DNA of 63,220 nt, the filler included. It is 7 parts of 7 records of this genome, joined end to end, with 100 filler letters (N's around TTAATTAATTAA, not from the genome) between each part and the next. Parts side by side here need not be neighbours in the genome. Positions count along the whole stretch, not along the records: positions 7,276 to 17,319 come from SRR31147125_4412; positions 17,420 to 34,458 come from SRR31147125_4430; 5 more parts are not named here. One strand, given 5' to 3'. The translations under genes were made by a program, and so were the position numbers. Positions 11,265-23,412 of this stretch are shown here, piece after piece. How positions within the stretch are numbered: the first letter of the stretch is position 1; each line of letters begins with the position of its first letter. The notes below the pieces were generated by a model, which saw nothing but the letters and a program-made list of their open reading frames with translations, was not told the origin of the DNA and did no database searches.

Positions 11265-12119
11265 ATGTCACTAATATCTATGGCTGATTTGCTTTTAAAA
11301 GCTCAATCTGAAAAATATGCAGTAGGAGCCTTCAATATTGTTGATTATGCAACATTGCAGGCCGTCGTTGATGCTGCTGAAGAGTTGAATTCTCCTGCCA
11401 TTATTCAAACCTCTGCCGGCAGCACAGTGAAATATTATGGATATAAACCATTGGTAGATATGGTCCGTAATGCTTGTGAGGCTTCGCCTGTGCCTTTTGC
11501 TCTTCATCTGGACCATTGTAAAGATTTAGACATGGTATTCAACTGTATCGATGCTGGCTGGACTTCTGTGATGTATGATGGATCGAGTTTTGCTTATAAA
11601 GTCAATCTTGAAAATTCTATAAAGGTCGTTGAAAAGGCACATGCAAAAGGCATCAGCGTTGAAGGAGAAATAGGTGCTGTGCGGGGCGTGGAAGATGATA
11701 TACAGGTTGATGAACAGGATGGTTTGTTAGCCGATCCGGATATAGCCGTAGAATATGCGGAAAAATCGGGAGTTGATGCTTTTGCACCGGCTTTTGGTAC
11801 AGCACATGGGCTGTATAAAGGCAAGCCAAAACTTAACTTTGAGCTGTTTCAAACAATTGCAAATCATGTCAAAGCACCACTCGTCGTTCACGGTGGCACA
11901 GGATTGAGTGCCGATGTATTCAGGAAGCTTATCCATATGGGTGGCGCCAAAATTAATGTTTCAACACAATTAAAGATCGGTTTTTTTGATGGTTTTAACT
12001 CTTACATTAAAGCAGGTGGTAAACAAGATCCAATAAAGCTCATTAAAAATATACGAGAAACTGAAAAAGAGATTGTGAAAGATTTTATAAAGATATTCGG
12101 TAGTGTGGGCAAAGCATAA
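11265..12119 (+). CDS. Class II fructose/tagatose-bisphosphate aldolase family
   Basis: AVGAFN, LHLDH, SVMYDGS, VEGEIG, GTAHGLY, VHGGTG, KINVST; AGGAG RBS. Confidence 0.93.
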   Translation: MSLISMADLLLKAQSEKYAVGAFNIVDYATLQAVVDAAEELNSPAIIQTSAGSTVKYYGYKPLVDMVRNACEASPVPFALHLDHCKDLDMVFNCIDAGWTSVMYDGSSFAYKVNLENSIKVVEKAHAKGISVEGEIGAVRGVEDDIQVDEQDGLLADPDIAVEYAEKSGVDAFAPAFGTAHGLYKGKPKLNFELFQTIANHVKAPLVVHGGTGLSADVFRKLIHMGGAKINVSTQLKIGFFDGFNSYIKAGGKQDPIKLIKNIRETEKEIVKDFIKIFGSVGKA

Positions 12120-12229
12120 TCTGGCCCACGTTCTGAAAAGACAACATGTGCAGAGATTGTTTATTCATAGTTATATAATAGTGGAAAAAGATAAATACTA
12201 TTGAACCTTAGCTAAAACAGGAGGTAGTT

Positions 12230-12958
12230 GTGGGTAAAGTAAGTATGGTTATGTTTGATCTCTCCGGAACGACAGTTTACGATGATACTGGAGTACGAGA
12301 TTGCCTGTACAAGGCCGCTGTCGAGTATAATCTGGATACAACACCTGACGAAATTTTATTAAATATGGGAACAAATAAAATCCATCTCTATCAATTTTTG
12401 ATTGCCCGCTCTCAGGGTAAGAATATTAAAATTGAAGATTTTGAGAAAATTAAAGATCCGGATACATATGAAGAAGCCGTTAAAGTATTCGACCGCTACA
12501 CCGAGATTATGATTAATCATTATAAAAATAATGTTGAGGAGGTTCCTGGTGCTGCTGATGCGTTTCGCTGGTGTCATGACAATGGAATAAAAGTAGCAAC
12601 AGATACAGGCTTTCATCGGGATGTGACAGATGCCATCATGGATGGTTTGGGCTGGGTCAAAGACGGCCTTGTTGACCTGGCTGTCGATGTGGAACATGTG
12701 CCAGGAGAAATTGGTCGCCCAGCTCCTTTTATGATTTATTATGCTATGACACAATTGAATATCCAAAATATTAACGAGGTGGTTAAAATTGGTGATACTC
12801 CGGCAGATATGTTGGAGGGGTACAATGCTGGCTGTCGCGGTGTAATCGGCGTCCTGAGTGGACCTCGTCCAATTGAAGCGTGGGGTAAATATTATCATAC
12901 TCATGTTATTCCGAGTGTAAAAGAGTTACCAGAGTTGCTGATGGATCAATTCATGTAG
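12230..12958 (+). CDS. Phosphonatase-like HAD hydrolase (PhnX-like)
   Basis: Motif I FDLSGTTVYD (no second Asp), DTGF, GRPAPFMI, KIGDTPADMLEG; GGAGG RBS with GTG start. Confidence 0.82.
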   Translation: MGKVSMVMFDLSGTTVYDDTGVRDCLYKAAVEYNLDTTPDEILLNMGTNKIHLYQFLIARSQGKNIKIEDFEKIKDPDTYEEAVKVFDRYTEIMINHYKNNVEEVPGAADAFRWCHDNGIKVATDTGFHRDVTDAIMDGLGWVKDGLVDLAVDVEHVPGEIGRPAPFMIYYAMTQLNIQNINEVVKIGDTPADMLEGYNAGCRGVIGVLSGPRPIEAWGKYYHTHVIPSVKELPELLMDQFM

Positions 12959-12968
12959 AACCAGGTTG

Positions 12969-13018
12969 TCAAGTGCGGGCAAAGTGATACACCAGACTTT
13001 ACCTGCGCTTGATTTTTT
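12969..13018 (+). terminator. Intrinsic terminator
   Basis: TCAAGTGCGGGCAAAGT / ACTTTACCTGCGCTTGA stem followed by T6. Confidence 0.7.
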
Positions 13019-13035
13019 GCCATAGAAAGTAATAC

Positions 13036-13931
13036 ATGTCCCTGTTGTCAATTTGCCTTGTACTTATTTCAGCCTCTATTCATGTGGGCTGGAATTATTT
13101 GACAAAAATTAGTCAGAACCAAAAAGCGTTTTCGCTGATCAAAGGCACAATGCTGATGATAATCGCGTTATCAGTGCTTGTGTTTTTACCTATACATACG
13201 ATTTCCACTAGGGTATGGTTTTATATCATATTGTCGGGCATCGTACATGCTTTTTATAGCTTGTCGCTTGCTTCAGCCTATGAAACAGGGGATATATCTT
13301 ATGTTTACCCGATTGCCCGTTCCGCTCCTGCGTTTGTTCCTTTGGCTGCATTTTTTATTATTGGTGAACATATCTCACTTCGAGGTGGAATTGGCATCGT
13401 GATCGTTATTTTTGGTATGTGGACAATACAATTTAGAGAAAAAACAACCGTAGAATTACGACAGCTGCTAAACATATTTAAAAAACATGATAGTTTCTGG
13501 GCATTTGCCACGTTAGGCACTGTCGTAACATATACCATTATTGATAAAATGGGTATGGTCGCATTTAAAGAGATAACAGAAATTGATCCCTGGAAACAAG
13601 GTCCTGTTTATTTTTTGTTGGAATGCACACTATCTTATATTTTATTTTGGTCTTACACCCGATGGCGATTAAAGGTCAGAATCCGGCCGACCTTGAAAAA
13701 GAGTGGCCTTTGGCAATGCTTGCCGCCATTGGCACAATGGCTTCCTACAGCCTGATATTGTTTGTGATGCGAACTGAAAATGTGAGTTATATTGTAACAT
13801 TACGCCAGAGTAGTGTTTTTTTTGCTGTTTTGGTGGGCTGGTTTATTCTTGGAGAGAGCTATGGCCTGAGAAGGTTGTTTGCCTCAATCGTTATGTTAAT
13901 TGGATTTTATTTTGTTGCAACGGCCGGTTAA
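13036..13931 (+). CDS. EamA/DMT transporter (resembles phosphonate-utilisation-associated DUF6 type); frameshift near 13670-13690
   Basis: SASIHVGWN, AYETGDISYVYPIARS, YTIIDK, YIVTLRQSSV; about 10 hydrophobic segments over two ORFs. Confidence 0.82.
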
Positions 13932-14118
13932 GAGCCTTCCACTGTTCGTGAGATGTTAAACGTGTGAGCCATTAAAAAGAAGATCCTTTCTGATTGATAA
14001 ACATATTTGTTTTATCTTGTTCCCTGTCTGGTTCGTAACAATTGGGAATCGTTAACTATCAGAAAGTTTTAAAGACATAAATTAAAAGTTTTAATAAAAT
14101 GTAAAGGAGGTTTTTGTT

Positions 14119-17100
14119 TTGAAGAATCTGTATGGAGCAGTTTTTAGTCTGGTTTGTCTGATAATGGTTTTATCAACTTTAGCATTGGCAGATGATTGGC
14201 CCACATATATGCATGATAACACTCGAAGTGGCGTTTCATCAGAACAATTCCCCAATCAGTTGTTTTTGCAATGGCAATATACTGCAAAAAATCAGCCAAA
14301 ACCAGCTTGGCCTGAACCTGCACAAACAGATTACTGGCATCGTGAAGCTAATCTCAAACCACGTGTGATTTATGATAGAACATTTCATCTGGTCTCAGTT
14401 GGCGATTTTGTTTATTTTGGTTCATCAGCTGATGATAAGGTTTACTGTCTCAATGCCATTACAGGGCAGGAAAAGTGGTCCCATTTTACTGGTGCTCCAA
14501 TCAGGTTGGCTCCAACTGTCCGGGATGGTCAGGTATTAGTTGGCTCAGATGATGGTAAGGTTTATAGTCTGGATGCATCAAATGGACAGCTCGTTTGGCA
14601 GATAGACGCTGGAGCGAAAAAGCGGAAAATTCTTGGTAACGAACGCATGATATCTATTTCACCTATTCGAACCGGTGTTCTGGTTGACGGCGATGTTGCT
14701 TACTTTGCAGCCGGGATTTTTCCCAATGAAGGAGTGGATCTATATGCTGTAAATTCCTCAAATGGTGAGAAAATGTGGCAGCAAGCAAACCTCGGGATTT
14801 CTCCACAAGGTTTTCTGTTAGCTTCTGCTGAAAAATTATATGTCCCAACAGGTCGCACAACACCTCATGTTTTTGATCGAAAAAATGGCAAAAATATCGG
14901 ACGATTCGATGGGAATGGAGGAACCTATGCTTTATTGCAGGATGATGCTCTGATATATGGTGGTGGAGATTTAGGGACACTAAATGTGAAATCCGATGAT
15001 GCAAAGGATAATATTGCATCTTTTAATGGATTACAAATGGTGGTAAAGGAAGACATTTCTTATCTGCGAACTGATACTAAAATTTCCGCGGTGAATCGAA
15101 AAACATATTTTGACAACTATAAAAAATGGGCCAAAATATCTGAAAAGCAAAGCAAGCTGGCAAATGCTTTGTGGGATTTAAGGGAAAAACGCAAATATGC
15201 GGATAAAAAATATTTTCCCGAGATTGATGATAGTATTGAAGGGTTAGTCGAAAAGATAAATGATGTCAAACTGCAACAAAAACAGCTCGAGAATTCCGGT
15301 ATTCTATGGGAGATTCCGGCAAACAAAACGTTTTCTATGATATTATCCGGCAACTTGTTATTCATTGGTAGTGAAAACCACATTTATTCTCTGGATGCAG
15401 AAACGGGTGAAAAAGCCTGGTCTGGTGATGTTGAAGGGAATGTTTATGGTTTGGCTGTAGCCAATGGACGCCTCTTTGCCAGTACAGACACAGGACACAT
15501 ATATTGTTTTGCGGCAGGACAAACAAAAAGTAAATCATACAAGCCTGAAATCAAAAAGAATCCATACAAGAGAGACAAGTATACACGCGTTTATGCAAAA
15601 GCTGCTGACACTATTTTAAAAGAATCTGGTGTCAAAAAAGGCTACTGCCTGGTTTTGGACGCAGAACAGGGTCGACTTGCATATGAACTGGCTAAAAGAT
15701 CAGAGCTGCAGATTATAGGGATTGAAGATGATCCGGTTAACATTGAAAAAGCACGCCGCGCCCTGGATGCGGCTGGTGTTTATGGAAATCGCATTTCCAT
15801 TCAATACGGTGATTTGAGAGAATTACCCTATTCAAAATATGTCGCCAACCTGGTCGTATCTGACAAAACTCTGGTGACCGGTACGTTAGAAACCGATCCT
15901 GAGGAAGTTGTTCGCGTTGTAAAACCATTCGGCGGTGTTGTTTTGATCGGATCGAAAAATGAGAAAAACTGGCTGGCAAAAGTGACCGATCCCAACTGGA
16001 AAAAGATTCCCGGCAAAATGCCCTGGCTAAAATACACAAAGGGAGCTATAACGAGCGCCGGAGAATGGACTCACTTGTATGCCAATCCAGCCAATACAAG
16101 TTCCAGCCTGGACCCAATTAATGCACCATTGCAAATTCAGTGGTTTGGCCGACCAGGTCCAAGAAAAATAATTAATCGCCATAGTCGTCCCATGTCAACA
16201 CTTTTTAAAGACGGTCGTCTTTTTATTCCGGCAAACAATCGAATAATCGCTGTGGATGCCTATAACGGAACGCTTTTGTGGGAAAGAGAAGTACCTGATT
16301 CAAGGATTTTGGGAGCATTAAAAGATACCGGACACATGGCTGTGACAACGGATCTTATTTATATTGCCACTCATGATAATTGCCTTGGCATCAATGTGGA
16401 TGATGGTACTGTTAATGTGACATTGAAAGTACCTCAGCTTATTTCGGGTCAAAATCGACAGTGGGGGTATTTAGCTTTGGCAGATAATCAGGTTTTCGGA
16501 AGCGGAAAAAAGGCGGGTTCTTCTTTTTCGATTCTGGGTCGGTATAATTGTGACCAGTTTGAGGGTGATTTTAGAGAGATGATTCTGAGTGATTACCTGT
16601 TTTCTCTTGACCGTAAAACAGGTAAGGAATTCTGGCGATATAAAAATGGTGTCGTGTTTAACAATACCATAACACTCGATGATAATTATATCTATTTCAT
16701 CGAAAGCAGAAACAAAACCGCCATGTCTGACCCGGATGGACGTTTGCAGGTAGATGATTTTTGCAAAAGTGATACTTATATCGTAAAGCTGAACAAGAGA
16801 ACGGGCGAAAAAATGTGGGAAAAACAGTATCATTTTCCATACAGCCAGATCATGTATCTTGCCAATGCCAATAATACATTGGTCGTTACCGGTTCTTATA
16901 ACAAGGGAAAACATGTTCATTACGGGTTATATGCTTTTGACTGTGAAACCGGAGCACAAAAATGGAAAAACAGTTATCAGGGCGGTAATTCAAGATGGGA
17001 TAACAGCACAAAAAAATCGACGATTGGCGGATCCCACGGTGAACAATGGCAACATCCCGTTATTATAGAAAATACTGTTTTCCTGCCACCTTATAATTTC

Positions 17101-17319
17101 GATTTAGCAACGGGTAAAAGAGGTTCTATTTATTTTACAAGAGGAGGTGGGGGATGCGGCGGCCTATCGGGTTCTCTATCTTTTCTTTTCGCAAGAGGAT
17201 CAAATCCAAGAATTTATGATATATCTAAAACTCGCGAGAGTGGAACACCCATTACACGGGTAAACCGTCCGGGTTGCTGGATTAATATCATACCGGCAGG
17301 TGATCTTGTTTCTATTCCG
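14119..17319 (+). CDS. Secreted PQQ-repeat beta-propeller protein with central methyltransferase-like domain (3' truncated)
   Basis: Signal peptide + DWPTYMHDNTRSG; many xDAxTGxxxW repeats; central GYCLVLDAEQGRLA...VRVVKPFGG; second propeller from EWTHLYANP; RPGCWINIIPAG. Confidence 0.85.
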
Positions 17320-17419
17320 NNNNNNNNNNNNNNNNNNNNNNNNNNNNNNNNNNNNNNNNNNNNTTAATTAATTAANNNNNNNNNNNNNNNNNNNNNNNNN
17401 NNNNNNNNNNNNNNNNNNN
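17320..17419. other. Artificial contig spacer
   Basis: Same 100-nt N/TTAATTAATTAA linker. Confidence 0.97.
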
Positions 17420-18593
17420 TAATGGAGAATTAAAAACAAAGGGTGTTCCATTTCATGTTCGTGTGAGAGGATATTTGCGCAGCAAACAGAATACAACAGA
17501 GACGTTGCTCAAGCAAATGGTTAATCTTAATACACACGTTCGTAATGTAGAAGGTGTGAATTCCATGGGGAATCTGATTAAGAAAGAATTAAGTGTTCTT
17601 GGTTTTTCTGTCGAATCAATTCCACAAGTTGAGCTTGGGAATATTCTCTTTTTTACAAATTCGGATCAATTAGATTATGATATTTTATTTATTGGAAATC
17701 TGGATAATAGTGTCAAGATTTCTCAACAAGAATATTTTCGTGTATCTAATCAACGGCTTTATGGAAGCGGTATCTGGGAACATAAAGGGGGACTTGTCAC
17801 GATGATTGCTGCATTACAATCATTACGGTTTATTAGACGATTGAATAAAATCAAGATTGGCATCTTGTTAACCACTGATGACACATTATATGGCCGGTTT
17901 GCCAAATCTGTTATTCAAATGAAGTCTCAACGGGCAAAATTTGTTCTTGGTTTGCATGGAGGAAATCTGGATGGAAGTGTGGTTACCTCCCGATCAGGTG
18001 CGGCGCTCTATAAGAGTCATTTAAAATTAAAGGATACTGAGAACGCTCACAATGTTTCTTTAGCAGCAAATGTTTACGCTCGTCTTCTTTTTTACTGGAC
18101 ACAATTATCAGATGCTGAAAGCGGTTTGGTCATTTCACCTTATCGATGTGAAATGGACACCAATATTACATCACCCTTTGCCAATGGGGAGGTTACCCTG
18201 AGTGTCCGCTTTAATGATACCAATCAAATGCAAAAAATAGATGTAAAAATTAAAAGTCCCACTCCACAGAAAAAATATAAAAATATACTTGATTTTCAAA
18301 TGGAAGGAGAGATGAGAAGAACATCTATGCTGCGATCGGTTGAAGTGGAGGAAACCTGGAATATTATCAAATCAATCGCTGATAAACTTGATATCCGTTT
18401 ACTCGAAGAGCATCGCTGGAGTTCAGCAGATATCTGTTTTATTGATGATCATAAACACAAAATAGACGGATTGGGGCCTATTGGGGCAAAACCAACTGAC
18501 AAGAATGAATTTATTTTGAGACATAATTTGATAGAAAGAGCGACCCTGGTTGCTATGACGATTTTGGAATTGAATAAAAATCTAAACAAATAA
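17420..18593 (+). CDS. M20 peptidase-fold domain with degenerate metal site (5' truncated)
   Basis: Carboxypeptidase G2-like layout (LKQMVNLNT, LYGSGI..KGG, DGLGP.G) with altered ligand motifs; frame open from the contig edge. Confidence 0.75.
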
Positions 18594-18660
18594 CGAGTTT
18601 GACAAATTTGAAAAAAATTTTAAAAAGAAAAAAGACTATTACATCAAAGGATATAATATA

Positions 18661-20297
18661 ATGGATATAAATTACCTGGAAATCGAGTCGAAATTTGTAC
18701 CCACGGATGATAGCAAGTGTACAGAAGCTCAAAATGGTATGGTAGCCACCCAATCTCCTCAGGCCAGTGAAGCCGGTGCTGACATGTTGAGACAGGGTGG
18801 TAACGCTGTCGATGCAGCCGTTGCAGCCGCTTTTGTTTTAGGTGTCACTGAACCTCAGGCAAGTGGACTTGGCGGTCAGACTATGATGTTGCTTAATGTG
18901 AATGACCGGATAATTGCCATCGATGGCTCGTCACGTGCTCCGTCACTGGCCCATGTCAATGCTATTTATAAATATGATCGCTCTATTGGATATCGAGCCA
19001 CTACAGTTCCTAGTACACCTGCCGCCCTGTGGTATGTTCATGATCGTTATGGTAAACTTCCCTGGCACCAGATATTAGAACCAGCTATTCACTTCGCTGA
19101 AAATGGCTATTCAATTACATCATTGCAGAACCGTTTACAAAAAAGAGAGAGCGATAGATTTAATCAGGTCGAATCGAAATCCGGATTGAAATATTTCCTA
19201 AAAGATGGTGAACCGTATAAAGTTGGTGATATCTTTAAACAATCAGATCTGGCACATCTATTAAAGGCAATATCCCAAAAGGGATTGAAGAGTTTTATCG
19301 AGGGCGAATCGCTAAACAAATAGATGCGGACATGCGTGAAAACGGCGGATTGCTTCATTATGATGACCTTGCGCTCATTCCTTATCCCATAGAGAGAGAA
19401 CCATTAAACAAACAATTTCGAGGGCTGGATGTCTATACGATGCCGCCACCAGGTTCAGGTCGTACTCTTTTATTTGTTTTACTCATGCTGGATCTCATTC
19501 CGCATGATTTTGAAATTCAGGATGAAGCAACTAAAAATCTCTTATTTATCAATATTTTAAGAAAAGCATTCCTGGAACGATCAGATCGGCCTTATGACCC
19601 TAATTATTTTCCTCAGATTGTCAAGGATTCGGACATGCTCGATCCTCTTTTTGCCCGGGAATGCCTGGCTGTTATATTAAAGGATGTCGACAAATCTATT
19701 TTGCCATTTATCCCCACAGAAGATGAGCTTTCAGGGGAAACGACACACCTCTCGGTAATGGATGCGGATGGTATGGCTGTAAGTCTAACTCAATCCATTG
19801 AGCGTGTCTATGGCAGCAAAGCGGCAGCATGTGGACTGGGATTTATATATAATAATTATCTCTATGATTTTGAGTATAATCAGCCTAAACATCCGTTTTT
19901 TCTCCGGCCTAATGCTGTCCCATGGGCGACTGTGGCTCCTACTCTTGTTTTTAATCAGGATAAAATCTGGATGGCTTTGGGTAGTCCAGGAAGTGAAAGA
20001 ATCATCTCAACTTTGACCTTATTTTTGTTAAATATTATTGATGATAACCATTCACTCAGCGAAGCGATGATGATGCCACGGTTATATTGTTCCCTTGGCG
20101 GACGAGTGAGCCTGGAAGTGAATCGTTTTTCAAAAAGTCTTGTCCCATATCTGAATTACAAAGGCTTTCGAATCGATGAACGGGAGGATTTTTCCTTTTA
20201 CCTGGGCTGTGTTCAGGCTGTCCTTAAAAAACAAAATGGCAGTGGATTTCAGGGTGTCGCAGATGTCCGCAGAGATGGAACGGCTGTGGGAATTTAA
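18661..20297 (+). CDS. ggt: Gamma-glutamyltransferase; frameshift near 19280-19320
   Basis: GMVAT, GGNAVDAAVA, EPQASGLGG, ETTHLSV (Thr nucleophile), LGSPGS, GVADVRR. Confidence 0.92.
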
Positions 20298-20312
20298 TTA
20301 AAGGAAAGGGGA

Positions 20313-21089
20313 ATGCAAAAAACTTTACCATTTCTCATCTCTATTCCGCATGGGGGAACGAAAATTCCGGAGGAACTAAAGGGACGCATCCGAATAAGCA
20401 AAACAGATCTATTTAATGACTCGGATGCCTATACTCCGGACATATATGATGTGGGTTCACTGATGCACAAGGTTCTTATTGCGGATATCATGCGAGCTTT
20501 TGTCGATCCGGGCCGCTCTCCTGACAGGATGCCACCGCTGGATCCCGATGGTCTTATTAAAAGTTGTACGTGTTATTCGAAACCGATATATTTAGAGGGT
20601 CAGCAGCCAGATGATAAATTAATAAAACAACTTTTACAAAAATATTATAACCCATATCATGATTTACTGGAGAAATGGGTAAAAAAGCCAGAAATAAAGA
20701 TGGGATTCGATTGCCATTCCATGGCGGATTATGCCCCTCCAATCTCTCCTGATTATGGCCAAAAACGGCCTTTGATCAACCTGGGCAATCTTGAAGGAAA
20801 ATCATATCCAAATGAGATTGTCGATACATTGGGAAAAAGTTTCCGCGCTGTTTTTAAACTTGACGAAAATGATGTTCTAATAAACACTCCCTTCAAAGGA
20901 GGGTATATTACACAAAAATATAGTTACAAACCCATACCATGGATTCAAATAGAAATGAATCGTTCACTTTACTTGCATCCAAAATGGTTCGATGGAAAAA
21001 GTTTAAAAATAAATCAGGATCGACTCGAAGAACTGAAAAAACTATTTGCAAAAACCCTAATACATTTTTATAATATAGTGTACAAGTAA
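20313..21089 (+). CDS. N-formylglutamate amidohydrolase family
   Basis: ISIPHGG, RAFVD, YYNPYH, DCHSM, NTPFKGGYIT, IQIEMNRSLY. Confidence 0.9.
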   Translation: MQKTLPFLISIPHGGTKIPEELKGRIRISKTDLFNDSDAYTPDIYDVGSLMHKVLIADIMRAFVDPGRSPDRMPPLDPDGLIKSCTCYSKPIYLEGQQPDDKLIKQLLQKYYNPYHDLLEKWVKKPEIKMGFDCHSMADYAPPISPDYGQKRPLINLGNLEGKSYPNEIVDTLGKSFRAVFKLDENDVLINTPFKGGYITQKYSYKPIPWIQIEMNRSLYLHPKWFDGKSLKINQDRLEELKKLFAKTLIHFYNIVYK

Positions 21090-21133
21090 AATCCTTGCCT
21101 TCCGTTATATCCTTAAATAAAAACAGGATCTCC

Positions 21134-23283
21134 ATGTTAAACAAAAAATTGTCCTGGTTCCAAAGATCAGCAAGCCACGAACCGAAAAAGTTCGGCACCT
21201 TTGCCGGTGTATTTACACCGGATGTGCTCACCATTCTTGGCGTTATTATGTATTTACGCCTGGGGTGGGTCGTTGGTAATGCCGGTTTTTTAGGTGCCGT
21301 GATTATCATTCTTTTGGCAAAAACAATTACTCTTTTTACCGGTTTATCCATGTCCTCCATTACCACCAACATCCGTATTGGTGATGGGGGAGCCTATTCC
21401 ATTATTTCAAAGTCAATGGGACTCGAGGCAGGGGGGAGCATTGGCATTCCTCTTTATATCGCGCAGACTCTGTCGGCCGCGCTGTATATTATTGGATTTA
21501 CAGAGAGTTGGCTTTTAATCTTTCCAACTCACAATTATCTAATGGTCGCTTCGGTGGCCTGGATTTGTTTGTTATCCATTTCCTACATTAGTGCTCATCT
21601 GGCCATTCGGGTTCAGTATATCATTATGACGATTATTGCTATTTCATTGTTATCGTTTTTCCTGACGCCCGCCAAACCCGTTTCAGAATTTGTTCTCCTT
21701 GGTGAATTCAAAGATGCTGGTTTTTGGACCGTTTTTGCTATTTTTTTCCTGCTGTCACAGGTATTATGGCGGGCGCCAATATGTCCGGAGATCTGGCAAA
21801 TCCACGTCGTGCTATCCCCAAAGGCACCATATCATCCATCCTGGTAACGATGACCGTTTATATCGCCCTTGCCTACGTCCTGGCCCATATAAGTACTTCT
21901 TCTGAATTGGTATCTAATCAGATGATTATGGTGGATAAGGCTATTTGGGGACCGGCTGTTATTGCCGGTATTATGGGCGCAACTCTTTCATCAGCGTTGG
22001 GCAGTATGCTCGGTGCACCCCGAATCCTTCAGGCGCTGGCACAGCAGAAAACAGTTCCATTTTACAAGTTTTTCGTTGTTAAAGCAAAAAACAACGAACC
22101 GCGTAATGCCATAATTTTCACCGGCCTGATCATTATTCTTGCCCTGGTTCTTGGCAATTTGAATTTTTTAGCGACTTTGATTACCATGTTCTTTCTTATT
22201 ACATATGGTATGTTGAATCTCGTGGTATTTCTACAGCAAAGCATGAAAATTATCAGTTTTCGTCCTACGTTCAAAGTTGCCCGTATCATACCATTTTTAG
22301 GTGCCAGTGGTTGCATTGCTATTATGCTTCTCATTGACCCTGTTTTTAGTATAATTGCCATTATTATTATTATGGCTATTTATATATGGTTGGAAAAGCA
22401 AGGTCTGGAAGCAAATTGGGGTGATATAAGAGGCGGCTTGTTCCTGGCGCTGGCAGAAAGAGCATCGCGCATCGCCCGAAAATTTCCTCGCCATCAAATT
22501 ACCTGGAAACCGGATTTACTTCTCCCTATTGATGATCCAAAAGTATGGGCTGGTTCACTTTTGTTTATCAGGAGTGTAACCCATCCTGCCGGAAGTATTT
22601 TCGCCTTTACGGTCAAGGATGATAAAGTAGGAGAAACTCAGAACGATCTGACCGATTTATTGCTACCAATACGAAATGAAGGAATTTTAGTAAATTGTAC
22701 GGTGATAGAGGATAATGAATTTGTTCATGGTGCGAAACTGGTCATTCAGACCTTAAAAGCTGGCACTTTTCAACCAAACATTCTTTTCCTGACCCTGGGA
22801 CGAAATGGGGAAAAAGATAGCCAACTTGCCGAACTTGTACAACAGGCTAACAGACATGAACTGGGAACGATTATTTTACGTCAGCATCCGCGTACGGCCT
22901 TTGGTTTGCAAAAAAATGTCAATCTGTGGCTGCGTGATAAAAGTCCCAACTGGCATCTGGCCATGCTAATTACATTGCAGCTGCAACTCAATTGGGAAGG
23001 TAAGATAAATCTGGTCACTGTTACTGAGAATGATTCTGATGAAAAGAAACTCTACCAGTTTTTAGACCGGCTCAACGACCAGGCCAGATTGCCCTCTATG
23101 ACAGAATATCATGTGATCAAAGGTAACTTTAAGGAAGCCCTGAAATCCGCACCGCGTGTTGACGTGAATATTTTTGGTATGGCAAATAAATTCGATTTTG
23201 ATTTTATGCGAAACGCCAGCGAGTGGACAAAATCGTCGTGCTTGTTTGTACAGGATTCGGGTAGGGAGAATGCGCTTGTATGA
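21134..23283 (+). CDS. Cation-chloride cotransporter (SLC12/CCC)-like amino acid permease; frameshift at T-run 21741-21747
   Basis: FGTFAGVFTP..LTILGVIMYLR, GGAYSIIS, FFPAVTGIMAGANMSGDL, APRILQALA, soluble C-domain WKPDLL. Confidence 0.9.
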
Positions 23284-23412
23284 TAGAACTGTTTTGTTTG
23301 TAATTTTATTGAGTTGAGAACTATTCAGGTTGAAAGGAATTTTAACCGCTGATTTCGTTGAGACCGCAGAGAGAAATTGAATTAATTTTTATATCCCAAA
23401 AAGGGATAAATC

